This document shows positions 9,418-16,833 of a stretch of 64,000 nt of DNA, piece by piece (positions within the stretch are counted from its first letter, which is position 1; each line of letters starts with the position of its first letter). Made by a program: the position numbers and the translations under genes. The stretch lies in the IMG/VR virus record IMGVR_UViG_3300013121_000046. The stretch is one strand, 5' to 3'. The notes under the pieces were generated by a model, which worked only from the letters and a program-made list of their open reading frames with translations, was not told the origin of the DNA and searched no databases. The stretch comes from a virus. Its lineage: Duplodnaviria > Caudoviricetes.

Positions 9418-9727
9418 CTTGGGACTCCAAAGGCTTGCGGGTCAGACTGGAGATAATTACATCATACTCGACGATGGCTAATTTCTCCCGATCCGGTGGG
9501 GCAATCCCCCTGGCAGCTAAATCTGCCATTAATAGCTGTTGCAAATTCTTACGGACTTTGACCGCAACAAGCTTAGCCTCTTCCGGTGACCAAACTTCGC
9601 CCTGATTACTCGGGACAACAGTCATGCTGACCTTAGACCCGGAAGATTCCCCTGAGATATCTTGAGATCGCCAACCCTTATATTCAGCAGATACCTCAAT
9701 TTGTTGTACTGAAAAACCATTTGTCAT
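9395..9727 (-). CDS. hypothetical protein
   Basis: 110 aa ORF coupled to its neighbours by overlaps. Confidence 0.55.
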   Translation of the reverse strand: MTNGFSVQQIEVSAEYKGWRSQDISGESSGSKVSMTVVPSNQGEVWSPEEAKLVAVKVRKNLQQLLMADLAARGIAPPDREKLAIVEYDVIISSLTRKPLESQDDTRTSC

Positions 9728-10143
9728 CCTGTGAAATCCCCAGATAACAGTCTTTCCTTTAACTCCGCATCTATGATTCTACAGACCACATCCCGCTCTC
9801 GAATTAAATAAATCTTACCAAGATCGTCCCCAATATCCCGTAACCCCAACTCCCGATAAAATTCACTAGTCAACTCTAGCCCAGCAGCGCCAGAGAATAG
9901 CACAATATCTCCCGGAATTACATCCATCTTCTTCTGTGACCCATCATCAAAGTACCGCCCTTCTCCTACCGCCAAAACGTATCCTTTGGTAACCAACTTC
10001 GCTCTCTTTTCATCCGAGGCTAAAATAATTCCTCCAGCAGTCTTACGAGTTTCGATATGCCGAATCAATAAAGAGTCATCACAGCACTTAAGTTTTCCGG
10101 AGAAAACGCTGATTTCCTCAAGGTAGCCATCTTTCTTAGCCAT
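9724..10143 (-). CDS. groES: co-chaperonin GroES
   Basis: KTAGGIILAS mobile loop, GYVLAVGEGR, DVIPGDIVLF, LIRERDVVC. Confidence 0.9.
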   Translation of the reverse strand: MAKKDGYLEEISVFSGKLKCCDDSLLIRHIETRKTAGGIILASDEKRAKLVTKGYVLAVGEGRYFDDGSQKKMDVIPGDIVLFSGAAGLELTSEFYRELGLRDIGDDLGKIYLIRERDVVCRIIDAELKERLLSGDFTG

Positions 10144-10160
10144 CAGATTGTCCTTGGTTT

Positions 10161-10580
10161 CTACGGTTCAGGTATTAACTGAAGTTTGTCTTTAGGTATA
10201 AAACCCATCAAGAATCTTGGGGGTGTTCCATTATACTGAGCATCGGGAATCAAGACGGGAACTTCGTCCTCGCTTTGAGGTAATGCCCGATACAAATTTT
10301 GACCTATGGTGAATACATGTCCAGAAGAAAACTTCTTTGGGGTACAACCAACCATAATCTCAACATCTTCAAGTAGAGTCACCCTACTCTGATAGCAAAA
10401 CAGTTCCCCTCGACTCTCTTGTCTGGTAACTATAGCTACCGAGTATAAAGTGCGACACAGTGGACAGCGAAAAGAGTTCCCAGAAATACTTACCGAAGAC
10501 TGCTGTCCACAACAAGAAAAAGTAATCGTCCCCTCTACATTTGGGGGTATTACAGTGGTAGAATTAGGATCTTTTGGCAC
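10161..10580 (-). CDS. zinc-ribbon protein
   Basis: FSCCGQ...FRCPLCRTLY. Confidence 0.55.
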   Translation of the reverse strand: MPKDPNSTTVIPPNVEGTITFSCCGQQSSVSISGNSFRCPLCRTLYSVAIVTRQESRGELFCYQSRVTLLEDVEIMVGCTPKKFSSGHVFTIGQNLYRALPQSEDEVPVLIPDAQYNGTPPRFLMGFIPKDKLQLIPEP

Positions 10581-11061
10581 GAGATTTTGTTGCCTTTGAA
10601 GATTTCACAGTTGAAGTCTTCTTTGCTTTTACCTTAGAGGCCGACTTAGTTTCCCTTGTAGTCTTAGTTACTTTTTTCGTGACCTTCTTGTCCTTAGCCT
10701 TCTCTGAAAACTTTCGCAAATTATCCTCAATAACTTTCTGCTCCTCTCTAAGAGCCAGCATTCCACTCAACACACCCTCTACTCGACCTAAGGAGATGAG
10801 GCTCTTGTGAAAAACCTCCATTGTTTGTTGAGTACAATTCGCTGTCCAATCCTTACCGGCCTCAACAACCCTGGATCTTAGCATTATATACAAAGGGATA
10901 ATGTATTGAAGAATCTCAGGGGAATTCTCTATGTCCTTCTGGGTCTCTGCAATTAAATCTGAGATATCATCTGTCACACGTTTCTTGTATACGGCTTCCG
11001 CCGCATTGAAAAATTGAGTCATCGAAGGGTAAACAAGTAACAACTTTTCAGACATTACCAA
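10564..11061 (-). CDS. hypothetical protein with Lys-rich (histone H1-like) C-terminal tail
   Basis: Tail KAKDKKVTKKVTKTTRETKSASKVKAKKTSTVKSSKATKSRAKRS. Confidence 0.55.
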   Translation of the reverse strand: MVMSEKLLLVYPSMTQFFNAAEAVYKKRVTDDISDLIAETQKDIENSPEILQYIIPLYIMLRSRVVEAGKDWTANCTQQTMEVFHKSLISLGRVEGVLSGMLALREEQKVIEDNLRKFSEKAKDKKVTKKVTKTTRETKSASKVKAKKTSTVKSSKATKSRAKRS

Positions 11062-11833
11062 ATTCCTTTTGTACTACCGTGTCTCCCCAGAATTTACCAC
11101 CTGTGACAGTCAATCTTATCGAGGAATCTCCCGCAACCAATAACTCCTCCCGAAGCACCTGAAACAACTCATCTGTAGTGTCGGAAACTTGAAGCAGCAC
11201 TCCCCGAGGCAATACGGCAAGGATTCTTCCCCGTAAACGCTTAAAATTTTCTGAGTGCCACAAGTTCAAAATTCCGGAGTAACAAACTCCGCCAATATCC
11301 TTGGAAGGTTGCGGGAGTATCTCTACAATACCAAGGTGGGAAGAAATTCCGGAGAATATTTTCCCACCCTCAAATCCCAAGAATTCACACATCAGGATAT
11401 TTTGATCGGGAATTCGGATCAGAGGCCAAAGATGCGATTTCCAGAAAAAAACAGCACTAGCCGGACATTCTCCGAGGGAATCTAAGGAGCGAATAACTGC
11501 CCTAACCTCCCGTAGCTGTATGGTTAGATTTCGCAGAGACCAAAGCTCAGCCATAGCTGAGGAGGCTACATTCGGTAACTGCTCAGGTAGCACCAGCCTC
11601 CCTGAGACCGTTCTAGGGAGTATAACCCCAGCCTCTTGCGTCAGTTTCTCCCAACTCTCGATACTCAGGGGATTTAGATATCGACCCTGACTCTGAGCCA
11701 ATCGGCTACTTCCCTCAGCAAGGTTCTTGGCTAATTTAGTATCTAGCTGAGCCCCAAAATGCAAAGAACACCTCAATTTTTGACGATTGAGGTGTTCCAG
11801 AATGTGCCGAATTTGACCCAGTACTGAGGTCAA
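11048..11833 (-). CDS. degenerate, catalytically inactive family A DNA polymerase-like protein (thumb + palm remnants)
   Basis: IRHILEHLNRQKLRCS..RLAQSQGRYLNPLSIESWEKLTQEAGVILPRTVSG..AMAELWSLRNL parallels the PolA thumb. RGRILAVLPRGVLLQV..IRLTVTGGKFWGD parallels LLQVHDELVFEV..VPLKVDVGIGxNWGE. Likely TTG start at 11833 (ORF track extends to 11911). Confidence 0.5.
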   Translation of the reverse strand: MTSVLGQIRHILEHLNRQKLRCSLHFGAQLDTKLAKNLAEGSSRLAQSQGRYLNPLSIESWEKLTQEAGVILPRTVSGRLVLPEQLPNVASSAMAELWSLRNLTIQLREVRAVIRSLDSLGECPASAVFFWKSHLWPLIRIPDQNILMCEFLGFEGGKIFSGISSHLGIVEILPQPSKDIGGVCYSGILNLWHSENFKRLRGRILAVLPRGVLLQVSDTTDELFQVLREELLVAGDSSIRLTVTGGKFWGDTVVQKEFGNV

Positions 11834-12447
11834 TACCTCTTCAGAGTCACGGTCTGATTGAAGCCCATCTCGGTCAGCGACAGGGCCGCTTCGGGATTTT
11901 TCCAAACCCATTTAGCGAGATCCTTCTTCGCCGTAATACTCCGAGTGTAGGAGAAAATCTCCTGAAATCGCTCTTGACCCAATGCGGTGGCTAACTCGGC
12001 CACCAGCTTCAAAAGGGCTGTCTCATCTTCCAACAGAGGGGGCTTAACCGTGAGAGAGGAAACCTCACAAAAAAATTCTGAATACGCTTCCTCACCCACC
12101 GCCTCAACCAAGGCTTCCCTCTGATTCTCCCCCATTACGGGGTACCGAGCCTGAAACTGAACCTGAGCCTTTTCCCCATTTGGGGTTAGCAGGTCTACGG
12201 TTCGACAATACTCCTCTTGCTTATCCCGAAATACTTCTGCGAGCATCTTCACCGGCGGCTTGGTTTTCTCACAAGCAGTATTAGCAGTCTTCAGCTTTTT
12301 ATCCGCTGCCAAAAATTGATTCACAACCGCTAACTGCTTGTCGGACAAATCAGAAACTACCAGGGTCTCAGAGACTTCCTTTTCTACTGCGGCATCCTCT
12401 TTTACAGAGTTGAGCAACTTCGCAGCTTTTGCAAGAGAGACCGCCAT
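11830..12447 (-). CDS. hypothetical protein with internal duplication (weakly Gam-like)
   Basis: Strong RBS and its own promoter-like region; repeats EALVEAVGEEAYSEFFCEVSSLTVK / AELATALGQERFQEIFSYTRSITAK. Confidence 0.6.
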   Translation of the reverse strand: MAVSLAKAAKLLNSVKEDAAVEKEVSETLVVSDLSDKQLAVVNQFLAADKKLKTANTACEKTKPPVKMLAEVFRDKQEEYCRTVDLLTPNGEKAQVQFQARYPVMGENQREALVEAVGEEAYSEFFCEVSSLTVKPPLLEDETALLKLVAELATALGQERFQEIFSYTRSITAKKDLAKWVWKNPEAALSLTEMGFNQTVTLKRY

Positions 12448-12696
12448 GATATCTTCCCTCCTATCCTGTTGGAGAATTTTTCTGCTAGGTTAATATACCC
12501 CAAAAATGTTTCTTCTGGTACCCCCTACCTAAAATTTTCTCTAGTTTTGGGTTGAATGACTAGATTCATCCCCCCCACTACTTGGGGGTGGATATATTGG
12601 ATGGATAGCTGCGTCGTTGTCTCGCAGCCGGAGCAAAAAATCAAAAAGCATCCTACCCATTTCCACATATCAAATCCTTTTTCGAGTCAAAGCTTC

Positions 12697-12915
12697 CTAT
12701 CTAAAACCAACTGACTCCAAATACTTCTTAGCCTGAATACAGGCGCTAGTTCTACTCTGTTCCGGTGCTTCCAATAGTACCTTCTCACCACACATAGGAC
12801 AGTATGCAACGACCTCTGAAACCATCGGTGCTGATTCTTCGAGTTGTCCTCCATGACAACTTGGGCAAGAAAAGATGTACACCTGTTTGACTTGAACTAA
12901 TCGCCCAGCGACCAT
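12697..12915 (-). CDS. zinc-ribbon protein
   Basis: FSCPSCHG...YCPMCGE; GGAG RBS. Confidence 0.6.
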   Translation of the reverse strand: MVAGRLVQVKQVYIFSCPSCHGGQLEESAPMVSEVVAYCPMCGEKVLLEAPEQSRTSACIQAKKYLESVGFR

Positions 12916-13005
12916 AAAAATCTCCCATTAGACAGAGGACCTTGGGATCATTCGCCCCCAATCTACCAGAGCCATCTACTACGAAGAGCCGAAATTTTGA
13001 ACTCT

Positions 13006-14151
13006 TTAACAGCAATAGTAGAGCTTACTCTCTGCCCTAGTTACAGCAGTATACCGCCACCTAATGGGATCCCAGGAATTTCTCTTTCTACCTAATTCGT
13101 CAAAAACTAATACAGACTTGAATGAATCTGCTTGCGCCTTATGACAGGTTATTGCATAACCATAATCGCATTGAACCATCTCTTTTCCAACTTCATCCAA
13201 AGTCTTGGGGCTATTGAATTGCGCCTTCCAAAGGGGCAAATCACCAACTGCTACACCTAACTCATCCACAGCCTTAATTACCACAACTTCGTCATTCTCA
13301 AAAATTTTATCCTCGACAAACAATATCTGCCCATTATAAACCTGATAAGTAGAGTTATTTCTCAAGCAAACCAAACGTTCCCCAATGGAGACGGAGCCAC
13401 TGAATCCTTTTGCCTTTCGTATTTCGTAATTGAACCTCTGCCTCGTTGTATTATAGGCACAAATAATCTGGTCTACCTCTAAAGCTATTGATCGAATTCC
13501 ACCAGAATATGGCAGAACCTTACTTGCCTCCAGTATCTTAATGTCTTGGGCTTTTCGCCATCGGTCTGGCTTAAACAAACCCCACCGAATTTCACAGGAG
13601 AGTTTTATGATCTCAGAGTCTTTTGCCTGACGAAAAATGGTCTCTAAGCGAAAGTCCGGATTTTCCATTAAGGAAACATGTTCACCGATAGGCTGAAGCT
13701 GTCCATGATCCCCTACATACAGTACGGGCCGATTGAAGGAAATTAAATCCTGATAATTCCTGCGGGAAATCATAGAGGCTTCGTCAACAATTATTCTTAC
13801 ATCCTCAGGAAGGTACGGAACCTTCACAAACACTGGTTCCCTTAACCGCTTAGTTTCCTCAGCATCTAAGTAATAAATTAGTTGATGGACTGTACTGGCC
13901 CGAAAGACACCTTTTCTTTTAAGCACTGACACAGCTTTCCCTGTATAGGCAATAACCCGAACATCCCCTTCTATTTTTTTAAGCAAAGCCTTAATTACAT
14001 GTGTCTTTCCGGTACCTGCATAACCCCCCAAAACAAACTGACTGTATTCATTTTGTTTAGTCCTATCAAACCAATCCATTATCTCTGTCTGTGCGGCCAT
14101 TTGAGCCTCAGACAATTCAATCTGTTCCGTTGGCCGAGACACCTCTTCCAT
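13006..14151 (-). CDS. Dda/RecD-like SF1B DNA helicase
   Basis: GYAGTGKT, IIVDEASMI, VGDHGQLQPI, IFRQAKDS, YGYAITCHKAQ, YTAVTRA. Confidence 0.92.
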   Translation of the reverse strand: MEEVSRPTEQIELSEAQMAAQTEIMDWFDRTKQNEYSQFVLGGYAGTGKTHVIKALLKKIEGDVRVIAYTGKAVSVLKRKGVFRASTVHQLIYYLDAEETKRLREPVFVKVPYLPEDVRIIVDEASMISRRNYQDLISFNRPVLYVGDHGQLQPIGEHVSLMENPDFRLETIFRQAKDSEIIKLSCEIRWGLFKPDRWRKAQDIKILEASKVLPYSGGIRSIALEVDQIICAYNTTRQRFNYEIRKAKGFSGSVSIGERLVCLRNNSTYQVYNGQILFVEDKIFENDEVVVIKAVDELGVAVGDLPLWKAQFNSPKTLDEVGKEMVQCDYGYAITCHKAQADSFKSVLVFDELGRKRNSWDPIRWRYTAVTRAESKLYYCC

Positions 14152-14164
14152 CCTATCCCCCTAT

Positions 14165-14200
14165 AAAAAAACCTCGGAGAGACTGGAATCCCCCCGAGGT
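14165..14200 (-). terminator. rho-independent terminator
   Basis: Minus strand ACCTCGGGGGGA-ttccag-TCTCTCCGAGGT followed by a T-tract. Confidence 0.7.
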
Positions 14201-14221
14201 CCTGTGGTTGAGTAAACTCAA

Positions 14222-14656
14222 CTATGGCGAAGTTTCACTCACGACTCGAATACCCAATTCCCCCGGATTCGGAGGGGGGATAGTGTCAGTCAGCACGCCG
14301 GAAAGTACCGAAGGAATTTTTGAACGATTCCCAGCGTCGTCGATGTAGACAAATGATAACTGGTACTTGGCTCCCTGCGGACCAGTTAAACCAGTTACCT
14401 CAGTCTGCTCGGGCGTAGTGGGGAATATCTGCTCTTCTCCAGTACCGATTTTAACCCTAAGTTCACCCCCAACAATATCCGATCCCGGAGCCCTAGGCAC
14501 ACTCACTTCAAAACCAAGTTGATCCATGTTTTCTCCCTTGACGGTTAAAGAAATACTAGTAGGGTTAGGCGTTCGGTAGGAGAACAACTTCTTTATTAGT
14601 CGTTCCAAATGATCCAATCTACTTCCTAGAGGGGGTGAGATATCTTTTTTAGGCAT
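14222..14656 (-). CDS. FN3/Ig-like beta-sandwich protein
   Basis: VTGLTGPQGAKYQLSFVYIDDAGNRS..DTIPPPNPG is an FN3-like C-terminus. Two in-frame starts have RBSs (14656 and 14527). Confidence 0.55.
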   Translation of the reverse strand: MPKKDISPPLGSRLDHLERLIKKLFSYRTPNPTSISLTVKGENMDQLGFEVSVPRAPGSDIVGGELRVKIGTGEEQIFPTTPEQTEVTGLTGPQGAKYQLSFVYIDDAGNRSKIPSVLSGVLTDTIPPPNPGELGIRVVSETSP

Positions 14657-14718
14657 CTCAATCCTCCCAAGGCGGTAGGTTGGTAAATTTTTCCACCCTA
14701 CTATTATACTGGATAGAT

Positions 14719-15999
14719 TCAGACCGCCACAGGAAAATACTTTCCGTATTTCAACTGCACCAAGATTTTAGCCAAAACAGCCTTAGTGCCCTTAGCGCAC
14801 CCTCCCAGACTCAGCACGGCATTCTGCAATTCTTGCTTGCTAGCCTTTACCAACTGATCTTCCAAATCCTCAGGAGACTCCAAAATGGCTACCCTCTTCA
14901 GCAGGGTGGACTTGACCCCTCGGTATTCCCGATGCTGAGAAACCTTACCATAGAGCAGAAAAACATCCCCAATCTTTTTGTTCTCGGGGATATCATAGGA
15001 AGAGAAGACATTCCCTTCAGGGGATTCAAAAAGGTAGATACACCCGAACGTTGTACCAAGGATCTTTTTCAGCGTGACTTGATTCAGAAGATTTTCCCCA
15101 AGGGTCCCCTGCCACTCACTCACAGAAACTACCGCAGCTTCCTGCTCAAAATTGTAAGCGACCGGGATTGATACCGCCAGACCCATCTGCCGACAAGGTA
15201 CCACTCCATTTTGTACCACCGTAGAGATATTGTGCTGATACTCATTTAGGGTCATCCGACTCTTCAACTCCATCGCCCAAGCTAGGATTTTTTCAGCCTG
15301 AGCATACTCAGTTGGATGAGTCTCACGAGTTATCGACTGACCTGTATAGCGATCCCCCGAAGCAATACAGCATCGAACATCGCTCACCGTGGAATTTTCT
15401 TGGGTACTTTTCCGAAAACCATACCGAGAAATACTCAGCACAGCAACGGCCAAGACCTGCAAAATATCCCACCCAAGGTACTCTTGATTCCGGGACAACC
15501 CAGCAGGCTTCTGATTAAAGGTCTCCAAATCGTCGAGGAGGTCAAAAACTGAGAGGACTTTCTCAGGATCTGTGCCAGGAAGAAAATCCTTCACACATCC
15601 TGCCCCAATCTGCCGGTAACCTTCCTCGGGATTAAACACGATGTAGGAACTTTTCCGCCTACGGAGTGTATGGCAATGGTCACAGTTGTCCCCGGAACAG
15701 TGCCGGAACTTGGAAGGCAACTCCGCTATTCCGGGAGCCTTCCGTATGATATTACCCTCTGGGGTATGGTCAACCTTTGCCTCAAAGGTCCAATTCTCTA
15801 ACTTCAAGGGCTCAAATTCCACATCGAAGGGGGTCACTTCCACATACTCTGCTCCGGAACCGCTCTTAACCCAGCCCTTGGGCCCTTCCTTGACCGAGAA
15901 CCGCAGGTCTAGCTTTTCGGCCTTTCGAGTCAAAGTAGCTACCAAACGGCGAAAAGCCAACAAATTCCCAGAGTAGATTTGGTAGGTGACCGTATTCAT
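14719..15999 (-). CDS. phage hypothetical protein with Cys cluster and C-terminal OB-like domain
   Basis: NCDHCHTLRRRK..QIGAGCVKDF; C-terminal LYGKVSQHREYRGVKSTLLKR. GGAG RBS before the ATG at 15999. Confidence 0.65.
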   Translation of the reverse strand: MNTVTYQIYSGNLLAFRRLVATLTRKAEKLDLRFSVKEGPKGWVKSGSGAEYVEVTPFDVEFEPLKLENWTFEAKVDHTPEGNIIRKAPGIAELPSKFRHCSGDNCDHCHTLRRRKSSYIVFNPEEGYRQIGAGCVKDFLPGTDPEKVLSVFDLLDDLETFNQKPAGLSRNQEYLGWDILQVLAVAVLSISRYGFRKSTQENSTVSDVRCCIASGDRYTGQSITRETHPTEYAQAEKILAWAMELKSRMTLNEYQHNISTVVQNGVVPCRQMGLAVSIPVAYNFEQEAAVVSVSEWQGTLGENLLNQVTLKKILGTTFGCIYLFESPEGNVFSSYDIPENKKIGDVFLLYGKVSQHREYRGVKSTLLKRVAILESPEDLEDQLVKASKQELQNAVLSLGGCAKGTKAVLAKILVQLKYGKYFPVAV

Positions 16000-16140
16000 T
16001 TTTCGCTCCAAAAAGAAAAATCGCCCTAACCCTGGAGTCACTAATCGCAGTTAGGCTGGACTTTTACCCTCAAAAGTTTGAGCAAGTACCTGATTATAGA
16101 TTATATACCTCAAAAGTTGGAAGAAACACAAAAATAATAA

Positions 16141-16183
16141 AAAAACCCACCATACCCAGCTAAAGAGTGGGTATGGTGGGTTT
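16141..16183 (-). terminator. 16-bp inverted-repeat terminator
   Basis: AAACCCACCATACCCA ... TGGGTATGGTGGGTTT, with a T-tract on the minus strand. Confidence 0.75.
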
Positions 16184-16199
16184 AGCTGTTAGAGATAAA

Positions 16200-16243
16200 G
16201 TTGACTATTCCGCCAAAACTGGTTGACTATTCCGCCAAAACTG
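16200..16243. repeat. perfect 22-bp tandem duplication spanning the stop codon of the adjacent gene
   Basis: GTTGACTATTCCGCCAAAACTG twice (16200-16221 and 16222-16243). Confidence 0.9.
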
Positions 16244-16703
16244 TTTGTGAGACTCCGGTGGCCTGGGGGGCCATTACGGTCACTGGGGGGGTGCTTGAAA
16301 CCGGTACCGGCTCAGCGACAGCATCCGTAGCCACAGAGTCTGTAGGAGCCGGAGTATCCATCAGCAACCGTACATCTTTCGGGTGGGCTCGGTATTCAGA
16401 GCCGTCCGCCCGAGTCGCCAACACCCAATAATTACCACCGCGAGCCCGCTTCGCCCGGGAAATGGTATACTCGTGTCTTCGACAAGTGAAGGTTTGGCCA
16501 ATCTCGAACCCGTCTCTCTTCAGCCACTCATCCACCAGACCCTGACGCACTGCCCGCACTGAAAATCGCACACCATCCTCACCACGAGACCCGGTAATAC
16601 TACCGTCCAAAGTCAAACCAAACTCCGCCAACACCGGCCCAATTTGAGCCGCAATTTTCTGCGACAACTCCACCGCTTGCTGCAACGAGAGCATAGCTTC
16701 CAT
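16227..16703 (-). CDS. hypothetical (probably early) protein
   Basis: GGAG RBS before the ATG at 16703; GGTATAAT -10 element upstream (~16770). Confidence 0.6.
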   Translation of the reverse strand: MEAMLSLQQAVELSQKIAAQIGPVLAEFGLTLDGSITGSRGEDGVRFSVRAVRQGLVDEWLKRDGFEIGQTFTCRRHEYTISRAKRARGGNYWVLATRADGSEYRAHPKDVRLLMDTPAPTDSVATDAVAEPVPVSSTPPVTVMAPQATGVSQTVLAE

Positions 16704-16833
16704 CGGATTCTCCACACCAAAAAATAAGTTAAAAACCTCGGATTGTCCTCCAACCGAGATACACCCTATTATACCGTATTTTCGGTAGACCCAACTGGGA
16801 ATTTTCCAAAAATTATCTTTTATCACCCCCCCA

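Noticed and set aside
12560-12670. Tiny lipoprotein-like ORF MWKWVGCFLIFCSGC...
   Set aside because: About 33 codons with a weak RBS; not enough support to call.
12785-13015. Alternative overlapping minus-strand ORFs (12785..13015, 20389..20673, 41858..42082, 21318..21533)
   Set aside because: They overlap better-supported genes in another frame and have no motifs.
16200-16243. CRISPR array
   Set aside because: Only two adjacent copies with no spacer; no cas operon (the Cas4-like gene is solitary).
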